A stretch of DNA of 64,000 nt from an uncultured Thalassospiraceae bacterium (GCA_964632795.1 CAZWEZ010000002.1:28702-92701); one strand, 5' to 3'. Shown: positions 10,151 through 18,709, counted from the stretch's first letter. Numbers and translations: made by a program. Notes: a model not told the origin generated them from the sequence alone.

Positions 10151-11872
10151 CTATTGATGGTTATGATCGATGTCATACTCATCTAGCTCTGCGTGGATTG
10201 ATCCATTACTTTCCAAGAACTGCAAAGGTTCAACCAGCATTCCCCGTCGCTTTGCAGCCTTTTTGAAGAGTCTCCGAATAAAGATCCTCCGAGCTATGTG
10301 TATTTTAGCAGCATCAAAAATCCGGTCTTCAAGAAATGTTACATTTGCATCTAACATTTTTGAAAAAACCGGGTCTCCAGTAACGGCGGAGATAATGTCT
10401 TTGTCCTTTGTCCACTTTCGCCTTACTGCTTCGTAATACGGAAGCCAATTTTCACTGTAGACGCCAGTTTTTTTGAATTCTGATCGCCATCCCCATTTTG
10501 AAAGTGAAACCGATAATAGACCGCGCTCCCGGAGCATACCGAGCATTGCAAAGACAACTGAATTTGGCCTTTTATCGAAAGGAGGCAATTCTATTTCGTC
10601 AAAGCTAATCCGTAAAACAGCTCCTGTGAGCAGGCACCATGTTATTTCGCTATCATGGGCATGTTGTATGTTAGTTCTGATTGTTGTTTTCACCCAAGTT
10701 ACTACCCTCTTTCTAATATCCTGATCACCACATATCGACTGGTGATTAATTAGAAACGCTGCTACATGATGCATGCATGACGGGAAATCCCGCGCTAACC
10801 GGAACATTGCTTCAAGAACCAGCTCATAGTTCTCTTGAAAAATATTGAGCCGCGATAGGCGTCGACATGCCCAACTCGCTGGTGCGCCTGTTTCAGCTTC
10901 TGTACAGAAATGCAAGGTGTGATCAACAAAACGGTATATATCACTCGCTTGCTTAGCTTGATATTTGCTAGAAAGAACGACTGAATCGAAGTCAAGTTTC
11001 CATTTTTCCTTAGCTAACGAACGAGATTTAGAAACAAACGTCTTTTTTTCATTCAGTTGCAGATTGAACTTCCACAAGGCAGCACGTAAGGCACCAAGCG
11101 CCGCTTCCGCCGTATTCACGTCATCAAACCCAATCACGTAATCGTCTAAGAGACGGAACGCGGGGCTACCGCGAATCAAAGATGAAAGATTCTTGTCAGC
11201 TTCTACACCTGCCAAAAGAACTTCCGCGATGATCCGCGATGTATCGGGGCCAACGGGAATTCCGAAAGTTTCTCTCGACTGACATAGCTGAAGAGCCTTA
11301 TCAAGATCATTGGACCAATGATTGTTTAACTTGCTTCGATTTTTTTCAATCCATTCTTTAACATTTTCCTTCCCAAGAACCGCCCACGGTATCGAGTGCG
11401 TATAAATCGTGTAAAAGAATCGAGAAATATCTGCTTGCAACACGTATGGACATTTCGAGTAAAGACTTGCAGCTAGTACGTCTTTCTTACGAAAATCTAA
11501 CCCTTCAAACGCCTTTTGTTTTTTTGGATCCTCGCTTGTGCGATAAAGCGATTTACCTCCTTCCCTTATGATTTTTTTTATTTTGGAACGATTTTTTGTT
11601 ATCAGAAGTGATAAATTCAATTGTGCGAGGGGATGTACCAAGGCAAGATTTCGACGTCCACTAACAGTTCGAGGGAATGTAAATGTTTCGTAATTTGTCG
11701 ATCCCTTAATTAGGTCTTTCTGTAATTGTTTCAAAAAATTATATTCGGTATCGCAAAAAGCAGAAAAATATTTTGCTGTTACTACTGGCGGGATTTCCAT
11801 CGGAAGGTAGGCCGTACGAATGAGCGCGGCCAAGAATTCGCGCTGTCTAGATGGTCGTGATGGTGATTTCAT
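10151..11872 (-). CDS. Stand-alone reverse transcriptase of the UG/Abi (defence-associated) type
   Basis: The track ORF is 10151..11884 (TTG start); ATG at 11872 is the more likely start. RT motifs in track numbering are SGRRNLALVHP (74-84), QADISRFFYTIYTHSIPWA (150-168, motif A Asp152), GIPVGPDTSRIIAEVLL (208-224, motif B) and FRLLDDYVIGF (243-253, Asp247-Asp248 at nt 11141-11146). Residues about 290-577 are helical-looking with no motif I recognise. The gene is strongly AT-rich compared with its flanks. Confidence 0.8.
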   Translation of the reverse strand: MKSPSRPSRQREFLAALIRTAYLPMEIPPVVTAKYFSAFCDTEYNFLKQLQKDLIKGSTNYETFTFPRTVSGRRNLALVHPLAQLNLSLLITKNRSKIKKIIREGGKSLYRTSEDPKKQKAFEGLDFRKKDVLAASLYSKCPYVLQADISRFFYTIYTHSIPWAVLGKENVKEWIEKNRSKLNNHWSNDLDKALQLCQSRETFGIPVGPDTSRIIAEVLLAGVEADKNLSSLIRGSPAFRLLDDYVIGFDDVNTAEAALGALRAALWKFNLQLNEKKTFVSKSRSLAKEKWKLDFDSVVLSSKYQAKQASDIYRFVDHTLHFCTEAETGAPASWACRRLSRLNIFQENYELVLEAMFRLARDFPSCMHHVAAFLINHQSICGDQDIRKRVVTWVKTTIRTNIQHAHDSEITWCLLTGAVLRISFDEIELPPFDKRPNSVVFAMLGMLRERGLLSVSLSKWGWRSEFKKTGVYSENWLPYYEAVRRKWTKDKDIISAVTGDPVFSKMLDANVTFLEDRIFDAAKIHIARRIFIRRLFKKAAKRRGMLVEPLQFLESNGSIHAELDEYDIDHNHQ

Positions 11873-11921
11873 TGGGTTGTCCAATCGTTAAAGAATCGCG
11901 TGGATAAAAAATTGCACCTGT

Positions 11922-11949
11922 ACTTTACGCTGATAGGAATAATTGTCGA
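11922..11949 (-). promoter_or_regulatory. Candidate sigma70-like promoter for the RT gene
   Basis: On the minus strand the sequence reads TCGACA (11949-11944), a 16-nt spacer, then TAAAGT (11927-11922). This lies about 50 nt upstream of the RT start. The call is by eye only. Confidence 0.3.
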
Positions 11950-12019
11950 TAGCATAGGTTATCGGCCAGCCAAGAAATACTACCCCTCCCTCCCCCTCAC
12001 CGCCAAGTCTCCGCAGACG

Positions 12020-12054
12020 AAAAACCGGCGCGCCCCTGATGGACGCGCCGGTTT
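12020..12054 (-). terminator. Rho-independent terminator hairpin
   Basis: A 9-bp GC stem (ACCGGCGCG at 12024-12032 with CGCGCCGGT at 12044-12052) encloses an 11-nt loop. On the minus strand it is followed by a T5 run (the complement of A5 at 12020-12024). It lies downstream of the flavoprotein gene and upstream of the RT promoter. Confidence 0.6.
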
Positions 12055-12078
12055 GTTCCGACTTCGAGGTTCCGAGAG

Positions 12079-12101
12079 TTCCGGGGACATGACACTTAAT
12101 T
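12079..12101. repeat. Solo copy of the RAYT-flanking REP sequence
   Basis: TTCCGGGGACATGACACTTAATT matches the 24-bp inverted repeat at 33370-33393 (TTCCGGTGACATGATACTTAATTG) with 2 mismatches. Confidence 0.55.
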
Positions 12102-12294
12102 CCGACAATTGAATTACCAATAATCACCCATGACAATCGCTCCCGCTCCACCTCATCCCGTAACCTCTGAAATTCCATTCGATTCTTCGCGGAGCCTTAT
12201 CTTTGCTTATCCGCGTTCATCCGTGTCCATCCGCCCTGCGGCCCAAAGCCTCCGGGCGACGGGCCGTGTCCATCCGTGTCTCCCCTCCCCCCCC

Positions 12295-12999
12295 TCACCG
12301 CCAGTACCCGGGACGGGGCGGTTCTTCGCCTTCCTGGGCGGCTTCCGGGCTGATCAGGGTGACTTGGTTGTCGGTGGGCTCGATCCTGAACAGGTCGCGG
12401 CCTAGTTGGCGGGACGATTCGATGGGGTTGGAGGGGTCGTCGCGGACTTCGCCGCGTTTGTCGCCGATGCCGGTCACCATGCCGACCAGCGAATGGTCGA
12501 GGTAGCGGCACAGCTCGGCCATCTGCTGGACGATCCCGAGGCGCACCGAGAAGGCGTAATCCTCGGCGCTCAGCAGCAGCGCCGCCCGCTTGCCGGTCAG
12601 CCTTCGGGCATTCTCCGCCGCCCCGGGATGGTTGCCCGAAACGTAACAGTAGTAGCGGTCGATGAAGCTTTTGAGGGGGCCCGAAATCCCGTACCACCAG
12701 ATCGGCGTCGCGTAGACGATGGCATCGGCCGGCAGCACCTTGTCGAGGAACAACCCGGCGTAGCCGTCGTCGATCGTACACCGGTCCTCGGCGTCGCGGC
12801 ACTTGGTGCAGTCGCGCAGGTGGCCGTCCATGTGGTCGGCCAGGTCGACCAGTTCGGCCGCCGCCCCGGCTTCCGCCGCCCCCTCGATCAGGGCCTCGGC
12901 GAGGAGCCGCGAGTTGCCGTCGCGGCGCGGGCTGGAGCTTACCGCCAGCACCCGGGGCGGGTCGTTGCGGGGTTCGTATTTACGGTTGTCCTCGCTCAT
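12295..12999 (-). CDS. NADPH-dependent FMN reductase / flavodoxin-like flavoprotein
   Basis: A 234-aa product. VLAVSSSPRRDGNSRLLAEA and AIVYATPIWWYGISGPLKSFIDR are typical of the flavodoxin_2 / FMN_red fold. Confidence 0.8.
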   Translation of the reverse strand: MSEDNRKYEPRNDPPRVLAVSSSPRRDGNSRLLAEALIEGAAEAGAAAELVDLADHMDGHLRDCTKCRDAEDRCTIDDGYAGLFLDKVLPADAIVYATPIWWYGISGPLKSFIDRYYCYVSGNHPGAAENARRLTGKRAALLLSAEDYAFSVRLGIVQQMAELCRYLDHSLVGMVTGIGDKRGEVRDDPSNPIESSRQLGRDLFRIEPTDNQVTLISPEAAQEGEEPPRPGYWR

Positions 13000-13039
13000 G
13001 GTGTTTTCCTTTCAAAATCTCAAAAGAAACCGGCGCGTT

Positions 13040-13420
13040 CATCATACCAGCCAGCGCATGTGGTTACACATGCGCTGGCTGGCAAGCGCGACCGCGCGTC
13101 GCCGCTTATGCGGCGAGCCAAGGGCCATGTCGGGTTAGTGTTGCTCCGCTTCGCTCCGCGAGCCCCTCAGTCGCCGGGCGGGCCGGTGGCCCTTGGCTAC
13201 GGGCCTACGGCCCGACGCGCTGGCGCGCTTTTCGACATGGCATGATGCCATGTCGAATCGATAAACAATCGACGAATGTGCAGGAGGCCAGCCTGGCCCT
13301 ATCAAGCCTGTCTCCAAACCGGCATGGCCCCCGGCCATGCCGGCAAGCGCGACCGCGCGTCGCGACTTATGTCGCGAGCCAAGGGCCACCGGCCCGCCCG
13401 GCGCCTGAGGGGCAGCGTAA
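13040..13420. repeat. Cluster of REP-like nested hairpin repeats
   Basis: Two direct copies of GGCAAGCGCGACCGCGCGTCGC-N-CTTATG-N-GCGAGCCAAGGGCCA lie at 13081-13127 and 13343-13389. Each is preceded by a different perfect hairpin. An inverted partial copy (13158-13198 versus 13378-13415) and a further hairpin at 13241-13257 are also present. Confidence 0.6.
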
Positions 13421-13428
13421 CGAGGCGT

Positions 13429-14961
13429 CTACGCCGCAGGGCGCATGGCGCTTTCCGGGAGCAGGATGTTGAACTGCTTGCGGACTTCGGCGTCGATCTC
13501 AGGAGGGATCACGGTTGGCCAGTGCTCGGTCAGGATCTTGCGGGCGTAGTCGCGCGCCGCCTCGCGGACGTCCTTGGCCCCGGCCGCCGTCCACACCTCG
13601 CGGTTGTTGCGGTCCATGACCTCGGGATAGAGGTATTCGGTGTGCATCTTCGACAGCGTCTGGGGATGGCCCAGGTAGTGGCCGTCGCCCCTGCACACCT
13701 GGTCGATGACGTCGACGCACAGCGATTCCTCGGAAACCTCGACGCCGCGCACCATGCGCATGATCTGGCCGTTGATGTCGTTGTCGATCACGTACTGCTC
13801 GTAGGCCACCGCCAGCATGCTTTCGAGGAAGCCGGCCGAGTGGTGGATGTAGTTGGTGCCGGCCAGCGCCGCCGCCAGGCCGGTGATCGCCTTCTCAGAG
13901 GCCGCCTGGGCGTCGGGGACCTTGGAATCGGTGATCCCGGTGGAGTTGTAGACCGGCAGGTTCAGGCGCTGGCCGATCTGGGCGCACGCCGCGTTCATCA
14001 CCGCCGCCTCGGCCGAACCGCCGGTGTAGGAGCCGGTGCGCAGGTCGGCCTGGGCCGGCACGCAGCCCAGGATCACCGGATGGCCGGGGTTGAGCAGGTT
14101 GACGTAGACGATGCCGGAAAGCTCCTCGGCGAAGATCTGGACCAGGGTCCCGGCCAGGGTCACCGGCGAGGTGGCGCCGGACTGGGGGGCCGAGGACAGT
14201 ACCACCGGCAGGCCCGAGGCGATGATGGCGTCCAGCACCTCGAGGGTCTCGAAGGCGTAGCGCAGCGGGCTGACCGTCCAGCAGTTGACATAGGAGATGG
14301 TCGGCCGGGCGTCGAGGGACTCCTTGCCCCCGGCCATGATCTCCGCCATCCGGCGCTGTTCGGGCACGTTCTCGGGCATGTAGGCGTTGGCCATCACGTG
14401 CTTGGGGGTCGCCGCCATGCAGGCGTAGTACTGGTTGATGTCCAGGTCCGCCGACGGGATGTCGCGGCTGACCACCGGGCGCATGTAGAAGTGGATGTTG
14501 TCGAGCCTGTCGACCAGGCGGCCGATGTTGTAGTTGTCGAGCAGCACGGTCTCGCGGTAGTTGCCCTCGAGATCGAGGATGTTGACCGCCGAGCCGCCGG
14601 TCCCCATGAACACCTTGGTGCCGCCGATCATCAGGTCGTGGTCCGGGGTGCGGCCGGCCAGCAGCACCTGGTTGGCCGCCTTGGCGACCCCCTCCTCGAC
14701 GGTCTTGTGGTCGATGTAGACGCGGTTGGCGTCGGCGTCGATGCGGCATCCCGCCTTGCGGAAGACCTCCCGGCACGGGCTGTCCATGACTTCGATGCCG
14801 GTCCTCTCCAGCACCGTCTTGGCGGCGTCGATGATCTTCTCGACGTCGCCGTCGGACAGCGGCTTGTACTGGCCGCCGATCAGGCCTCCGGGGGCGACGG
14901 GGGCGGCTTTGGGTTTGCTGGCTTCGCCGCTGCCGCGGCGGCGTCGTTGGGCACGAGGCAT
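13429..14961 (-). CDS. MttB-superfamily (trimethylamine methyltransferase-like, non-Pyl) protein 1
   Basis: A 510-aa product with family text such as GIEVMDSPCREVFRKAGCRID, SSAPQSGATSPVTLAGTL and YIHHSAGFLES. The frame is uninterrupted, with no in-frame amber codon. Confidence 0.85.
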   Translation of the reverse strand: MPRAQRRRRGSGEASKPKAAPVAPGGLIGGQYKPLSDGDVEKIIDAAKTVLERTGIEVMDSPCREVFRKAGCRIDADANRVYIDHKTVEEGVAKAANQVLLAGRTPDHDLMIGGTKVFMGTGGSAVNILDLEGNYRETVLLDNYNIGRLVDRLDNIHFYMRPVVSRDIPSADLDINQYYACMAATPKHVMANAYMPENVPEQRRMAEIMAGGKESLDARPTISYVNCWTVSPLRYAFETLEVLDAIIASGLPVVLSSAPQSGATSPVTLAGTLVQIFAEELSGIVYVNLLNPGHPVILGCVPAQADLRTGSYTGGSAEAAVMNAACAQIGQRLNLPVYNSTGITDSKVPDAQAASEKAITGLAAALAGTNYIHHSAGFLESMLAVAYEQYVIDNDINGQIMRMVRGVEVSEESLCVDVIDQVCRGDGHYLGHPQTLSKMHTEYLYPEVMDRNNREVWTAAGAKDVREAARDYARKILTEHWPTVIPPEIDAEVRKQFNILLPESAMRPAA

Positions 14962-15075
14962 GTCAACACCGGTGTCTGTTTCAAGGGGGGAATATCACTA
15001 CATGGATTATGGGGATTTTTTTTGCCAAGGGCGACACTGAATTCTCCCTGGGCGCAGTCTCCCCCGGCCCTCCCC

Positions 15076-15534
15076 TCACGAGGTATCGCCTTCCAGAGCC
15101 CCCCCCGAGGTGCCCGGGAAGCGGCGCAGGTCGTCGCCAATGGCGTAGTAGTCGGGAACGTCAACGGCGTAGATGTGGCCGATGGTGCGAAGGCCGCTGG
15201 GCTGGTCGATGGAGCCGGCGGCGATGCTGATCGAGCCGCTGCCCTCCTTCCTCCAGAACAGGCTGGCCCCGCACTCGGCACAGAACCCGCGCCGTCCCGC
15301 CTCCGAGGAGGCGTACCACCTGAGCCCCCGTTCCTCGATAAAGGTCACGGCGTCGATGGCGGCGGCGGCGTAGGCGGCGAAGTTGCCGTGGGTGCGTTGG
15401 CACTGGGAGCAGTGGCAGTTGATCACGTTGCGCAGCGGCCCGCCCTGCACCCGGTAGCGCACCGCGCCGCACAGGCAGCCTCCGGTGGCGCGAACCTCCT
15501 GAGGGTCATGAGTCATGTTCGTTCTCTCATCCAT
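15076..15534 (-). CDS. GFA family (glutathione-dependent formaldehyde-activating / CENP-V-like) protein
   Basis: Has the Cys-rich motifs GGCLCGAVRY, CHCSQCQ and FCAECGASLF. ATG at 15516 is an alternative start. The 15534 start overlaps the upstream regulator's stop by 8 nt. Confidence 0.8.
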   Translation of the reverse strand: MDERTNMTHDPQEVRATGGCLCGAVRYRVQGGPLRNVINCHCSQCQRTHGNFAAYAAAAIDAVTFIEERGLRWYASSEAGRRGFCAECGASLFWRKEGSGSISIAAGSIDQPSGLRTIGHIYAVDVPDYYAIGDDLRRFPGTSGGALEGDTS

Positions 15535-16381
15535 CCCCGATGTCGTCGCCGAGGGTGCGCAGGAACCCGGCGGCCTCGTTGGCCTGGACCACGGCGGCGC
15601 GGATCAGGCCGTCGAAATGGCGGGTCAACACCCGGATGTGCTCGGCGGTGTTGAACACGAAGTACATCTGGCCGACGTAGAGCGCCGCGCGCAACGGCCC
15701 GAAGATCGTATAGGGCACCGAATAGTGGCTCAGTTCGTCGTAAAAGAACAGGCGCAGCGAGGGATACAGTTCCTCGCCGAGGGCGATCATCCGTTCCACC
15801 TGCTCCAGCCGCGCCGCCGGCGGCAGGCCCCGCCACACCCCCTCGCCGCGGGCGAAGGAGGCCATCCCCTGGACCGTCATGCAGATCTCGACGTCGGTTT
15901 CAGGCTGCCGGATGTAGGCCAGCCGGTGGCGGCCGTCGCCGATCGCCTGGTCCGCCGTGCGGGCGACGAAACCCCGGAACTCGTGGCGGGTCACCCGGTC
16001 GGTCTTGAACGGGTCGGGCAGGGTCGTCGGCACGTGCCGGATCTTGTAGCCGGCGGCCTCCTGGTACCAGCGGTCAAGCCCCTCGTCGTCGATGGTCCCG
16101 GCGCTGGGCGTGAACTGCATCGATTCGAGAAGGATGTCGGCGCTCAGCCGGTCCTCCCGGCTCAGCCCCAGCAGCCAGTCGAGACTGACTCCCAGCGCGG
16201 TGGCGATGGCCGCCACCGTGTCCGAACGCGGCAGGCGGCCGGTGTCCCCGGACAACAGCTGGGACAGGGTCGAGCGGTCGATGCCGGTCCGCCTCGCCAG
16301 GGTCGAGCGGTTGAGCCCCGAACGGGCCATCGCCTCTCCCAGCCGGCTCCGGAACCGGCGCGCCATATCGCGGCGATCCAT
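15527..16381 (-). CDS. XRE-family HTH transcriptional regulator with a large C-terminal domain
   Basis: The N-terminal HTH reads LNRSTLARRTGIDRSTLSQLLSG, followed by about 200 aa of unassigned domain. Confidence 0.8.
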   Translation of the reverse strand: MDRRDMARRFRSRLGEAMARSGLNRSTLARRTGIDRSTLSQLLSGDTGRLPRSDTVAAIATALGVSLDWLLGLSREDRLSADILLESMQFTPSAGTIDDEGLDRWYQEAAGYKIRHVPTTLPDPFKTDRVTRHEFRGFVARTADQAIGDGRHRLAYIRQPETDVEICMTVQGMASFARGEGVWRGLPPAARLEQVERMIALGEELYPSLRLFFYDELSHYSVPYTIFGPLRAALYVGQMYFVFNTAEHIRVLTRHFDGLIRAAVVQANEAAGFLRTLGDDIGDG

Positions 16382-16435
16382 GGCCGCCTCCCGCTGTTCA
16401 TGGGACGCTCTGCCTGTTGTTTATTATCTACATTA

Positions 16436-16449
16436 AGTGACTTTTGTCA
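16436..16449. promoter_or_regulatory. Small palindrome GTGAC-TTTT-GTCAC in a divergent promoter region
   Basis: It lies in the AT-richer 160-bp gap between the XRE regulator gene and the Mo-enzyme gene. This is a candidate operator only. Confidence 0.3.
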
Positions 16450-16541
16450 CCACATTTGATCAATAGTGCGCATTCCCACGTTGCCCAAACAAGGCCGCCG
16501 CGCCACCCTGTCGAAATCTGGGCGAGCCGGAAATCGATACC

Positions 16542-18680
16542 GTGAACGTGATCAAGAACAAGGCGCCCCCCGGGGCGCCGCCGGGCGAGGTCGGGCGGCC
16601 GGTGAGGCGCACCGACGCCCCGGCCAAGGCGGCCGGCGCCACCCGCTATGCCGGCGACTTCGCGATGCCCGGCATGCTGCACGCCCGCGTCCTGCGCTCG
16701 CCGGTCGCCGCCGGCCGGCTGCGGGGCATCGACGCCGGCGCCGCCCGCGCCCTGCCCGGCGTCGCCTGCGTGCTGAGCGCCAAGGACATCCCCGGCGCCG
16801 GCGCCGTCTGCGGGCGGCCGGTGCTGGCCGCCGGCTCCATCCGTCATTACGGCGAGCCGATCGCCCTGATCGCCGCCCGGAGCCCGGCCATCGCCGAATT
16901 GGCGATGGCCATGATGGTCCTCGACATCGAGGAAACCGCCGCCGTCTTCGACCCCTCGGCGGCGCTGGCCCCGGGCGCCCCCGGGGTTCACGGCGAGGGC
17001 AACGTCTCGGCCCGCCACCGCATCCGCAAGGGCGACCTCGAGGCCGGCTTCGCCGCCGCCGAGATGGTGGTCGAGCGGACCTACCGGGTCGGTCGCATGG
17101 AGCACGCCTTCCTCGAACCCGAGGCGGGGATCGCCTGGCTCGACGAGGACGGCGTCCTCACCATCCGCGTCGGCACCCAGATGACCGACCACTACCGGGC
17201 GGTGGCCGAGGTGCTGGCGCTGCCCCCGGACAAGGTCCGGGTGCTGGGCATGTTCACCGGCGGCGCCTTCGGCGGCAAGGAGAGCGTCACCATCGAGGCC
17301 TTCCTCGGCCTGCTGGCCCAGGCGACCGGACGGCCGGTCCGCCTGGCCTGCGCCCGCGAGGAGTCGTTCCTCACCCACGGCCAGCGCCACGCCATGTCGA
17401 TGACCTACAGGAGCGGAATCACCCGGGACGGCAGGATCACCGCCCATGAGGTCGACATCGTCGCCGACGGCGGCGCCCACCCGGCGGTCAACCGGTTCGC
17501 GCTGTTCCATGCCGGCAACGCGGCGGCCGGCCCCTACCGGATCGACGCCATCCACGTCGACGCCGTGGCGGCGGCGACCAACACCCCGCCGGCCGAGGCC
17601 CTGAGAAGCTTCGGCGCCGGCCTGGCCTGCGTCGCCTACGAGGCCCAGATGGACGAGATCGCCAAGGCCCTGGGGATGAGTCCGCTGGAGGTGCGGCGCC
17701 GCAACTTCCTGGCACGCAACCAAACCACGGCCACCGGCCAGGCCGTGGAGAGCGCGGTATGGACCGGGCGCTGCATGGATCGGGCATGGCGGGCGTTGGG
17801 CGACAGGACCCCGGACGCGCCTCCCCTCAGGATCGGCCGCGGAATCGCCTGCTACCAGCAGTTCTACGGCCGCATCGCCACCAACCCGGAGTCCGCCGAG
17901 GCCGCGGTGGCGATCGAGGCCGACGGTTCGGTGACCGTGCGCACGTGCGTCCCCGACATCGGCGGCGGCCAGGTCTCGGCGCTGTGCCAGATCGCCGCCG
18001 AGGTGCTCGGCGTGGCCCTCGGGCGGGTGCGCATCGAACACACCGATTCAGCCGCCCTGCCGGCGGCCGGGGCGACCGGGGTCAGCGCCCAGCTCTACAT
18101 GTCGGGCAACGCCGTCAAGATGGCGGCGGAGCGCCTGCTTGCGCGGGCCGATCCCGAGGCCCCGGGGTCGGCGAGCGCCGTCTACCGGGCCCCCGTCGGC
18201 GCCATCGACCCCGACACCGGCCAGGGCTTCGCCTATCCCGACTTCACCTACGGCGCCCACGCCGTCGAGTTGGCGGTGGACGTCGAGACCGGCGAGGTGG
18301 CGGTGCTCAAGAGCGTCGGTTGCCACGACGTCGGGCGGGCCGTCAACCCGGCCGCCGTCGCCGGCCAGATCGAGGGCGGCGCGGTGATGGGGCTGGGCTG
18401 CGCGCTGAGCGAGGAGTTCAAGCTCCAGCGGGGACGGCCGGCCACGCCGTCGCTGGGCGAATACCTGATCCCCACCGCCATCGACGTCCCGGGGACCAAC
18501 CAGGCGATCATCCTCGAATCGGCCAGCGGGCTGGGACCCTTCGGGGCCAAGGGAATCGCCGAGGCCGCCTTCACCCCGGTCGCCCCGGCGATCGCCAACG
18601 CCGTCGCCGAGGCCATCGGGGTTCGCATCTTCGAGCTGCCGATCACCCCCGAGAAGATCGTCAAGGCGCTGCGGGGCTAG
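16542..18680 (+). CDS. Xanthine dehydrogenase / aldehyde oxidase family molybdopterin-binding subunit
   Basis: A 712-aa product with a GTG start. It opens with GRPVRRTDAPAKAAGATRYAGD and HARVLRSPVAAGRL (a/b hammerhead). Later GGGQ and GxGE-type motifs (DIGGGQVSAL, FGAKGIAEAA) are typical of the family. Confidence 0.85.
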   Translation: MNVIKNKAPPGAPPGEVGRPVRRTDAPAKAAGATRYAGDFAMPGMLHARVLRSPVAAGRLRGIDAGAARALPGVACVLSAKDIPGAGAVCGRPVLAAGSIRHYGEPIALIAARSPAIAELAMAMMVLDIEETAAVFDPSAALAPGAPGVHGEGNVSARHRIRKGDLEAGFAAAEMVVERTYRVGRMEHAFLEPEAGIAWLDEDGVLTIRVGTQMTDHYRAVAEVLALPPDKVRVLGMFTGGAFGGKESVTIEAFLGLLAQATGRPVRLACAREESFLTHGQRHAMSMTYRSGITRDGRITAHEVDIVADGGAHPAVNRFALFHAGNAAAGPYRIDAIHVDAVAAATNTPPAEALRSFGAGLACVAYEAQMDEIAKALGMSPLEVRRRNFLARNQTTATGQAVESAVWTGRCMDRAWRALGDRTPDAPPLRIGRGIACYQQFYGRIATNPESAEAAVAIEADGSVTVRTCVPDIGGGQVSALCQIAAEVLGVALGRVRIEHTDSAALPAAGATGVSAQLYMSGNAVKMAAERLLARADPEAPGSASAVYRAPVGAIDPDTGQGFAYPDFTYGAHAVELAVDVETGEVAVLKSVGCHDVGRAVNPAAVAGQIEGGAVMGLGCALSEEFKLQRGRPATPSLGEYLIPTAIDVPGTNQAIILESASGLGPFGAKGIAEAAFTPVAPAIANAVAEAIGVRIFELPITPEKIVKALRG

Positions 18681-18709
18681 TGCATTTCAAGATTGATCGG
18701 ACCCGCTGG

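Noticed and set aside
10151-11884. The RT as a group II intron maturase or a retron RT.
   Set aside because: There is no maturase X or HNH region and no flanking intron-like RNA domains. By eye I found no inverted a1/a2 repeats or msr/msd-like structure next to the gene. The motif A context (FFYTIYTHS) fits the Abi/UG lineage better. This rests on memory of motifs and needs profile searches.
11984-12008. The G-rich minus-strand runs (GGTGAGGGGGAGGGAGGGG) as a functional G-quadruplex regulating the RT gene.
   Set aside because: It is sequence-compatible but has no supporting evidence. The same motif is explained more simply as a duplicated copy of the flavoprotein gene's 3-prime end.
16436-16451. 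A link between the GTGAC-TTTT-GTCACCA operator-like palindrome and the GGTGAC cores of the 198-bp palindrome, that is, the same DNA-binding protein.
   Set aside because: The shared core is only 5-7 bp, which is expected by chance. I kept the two as separate observations.
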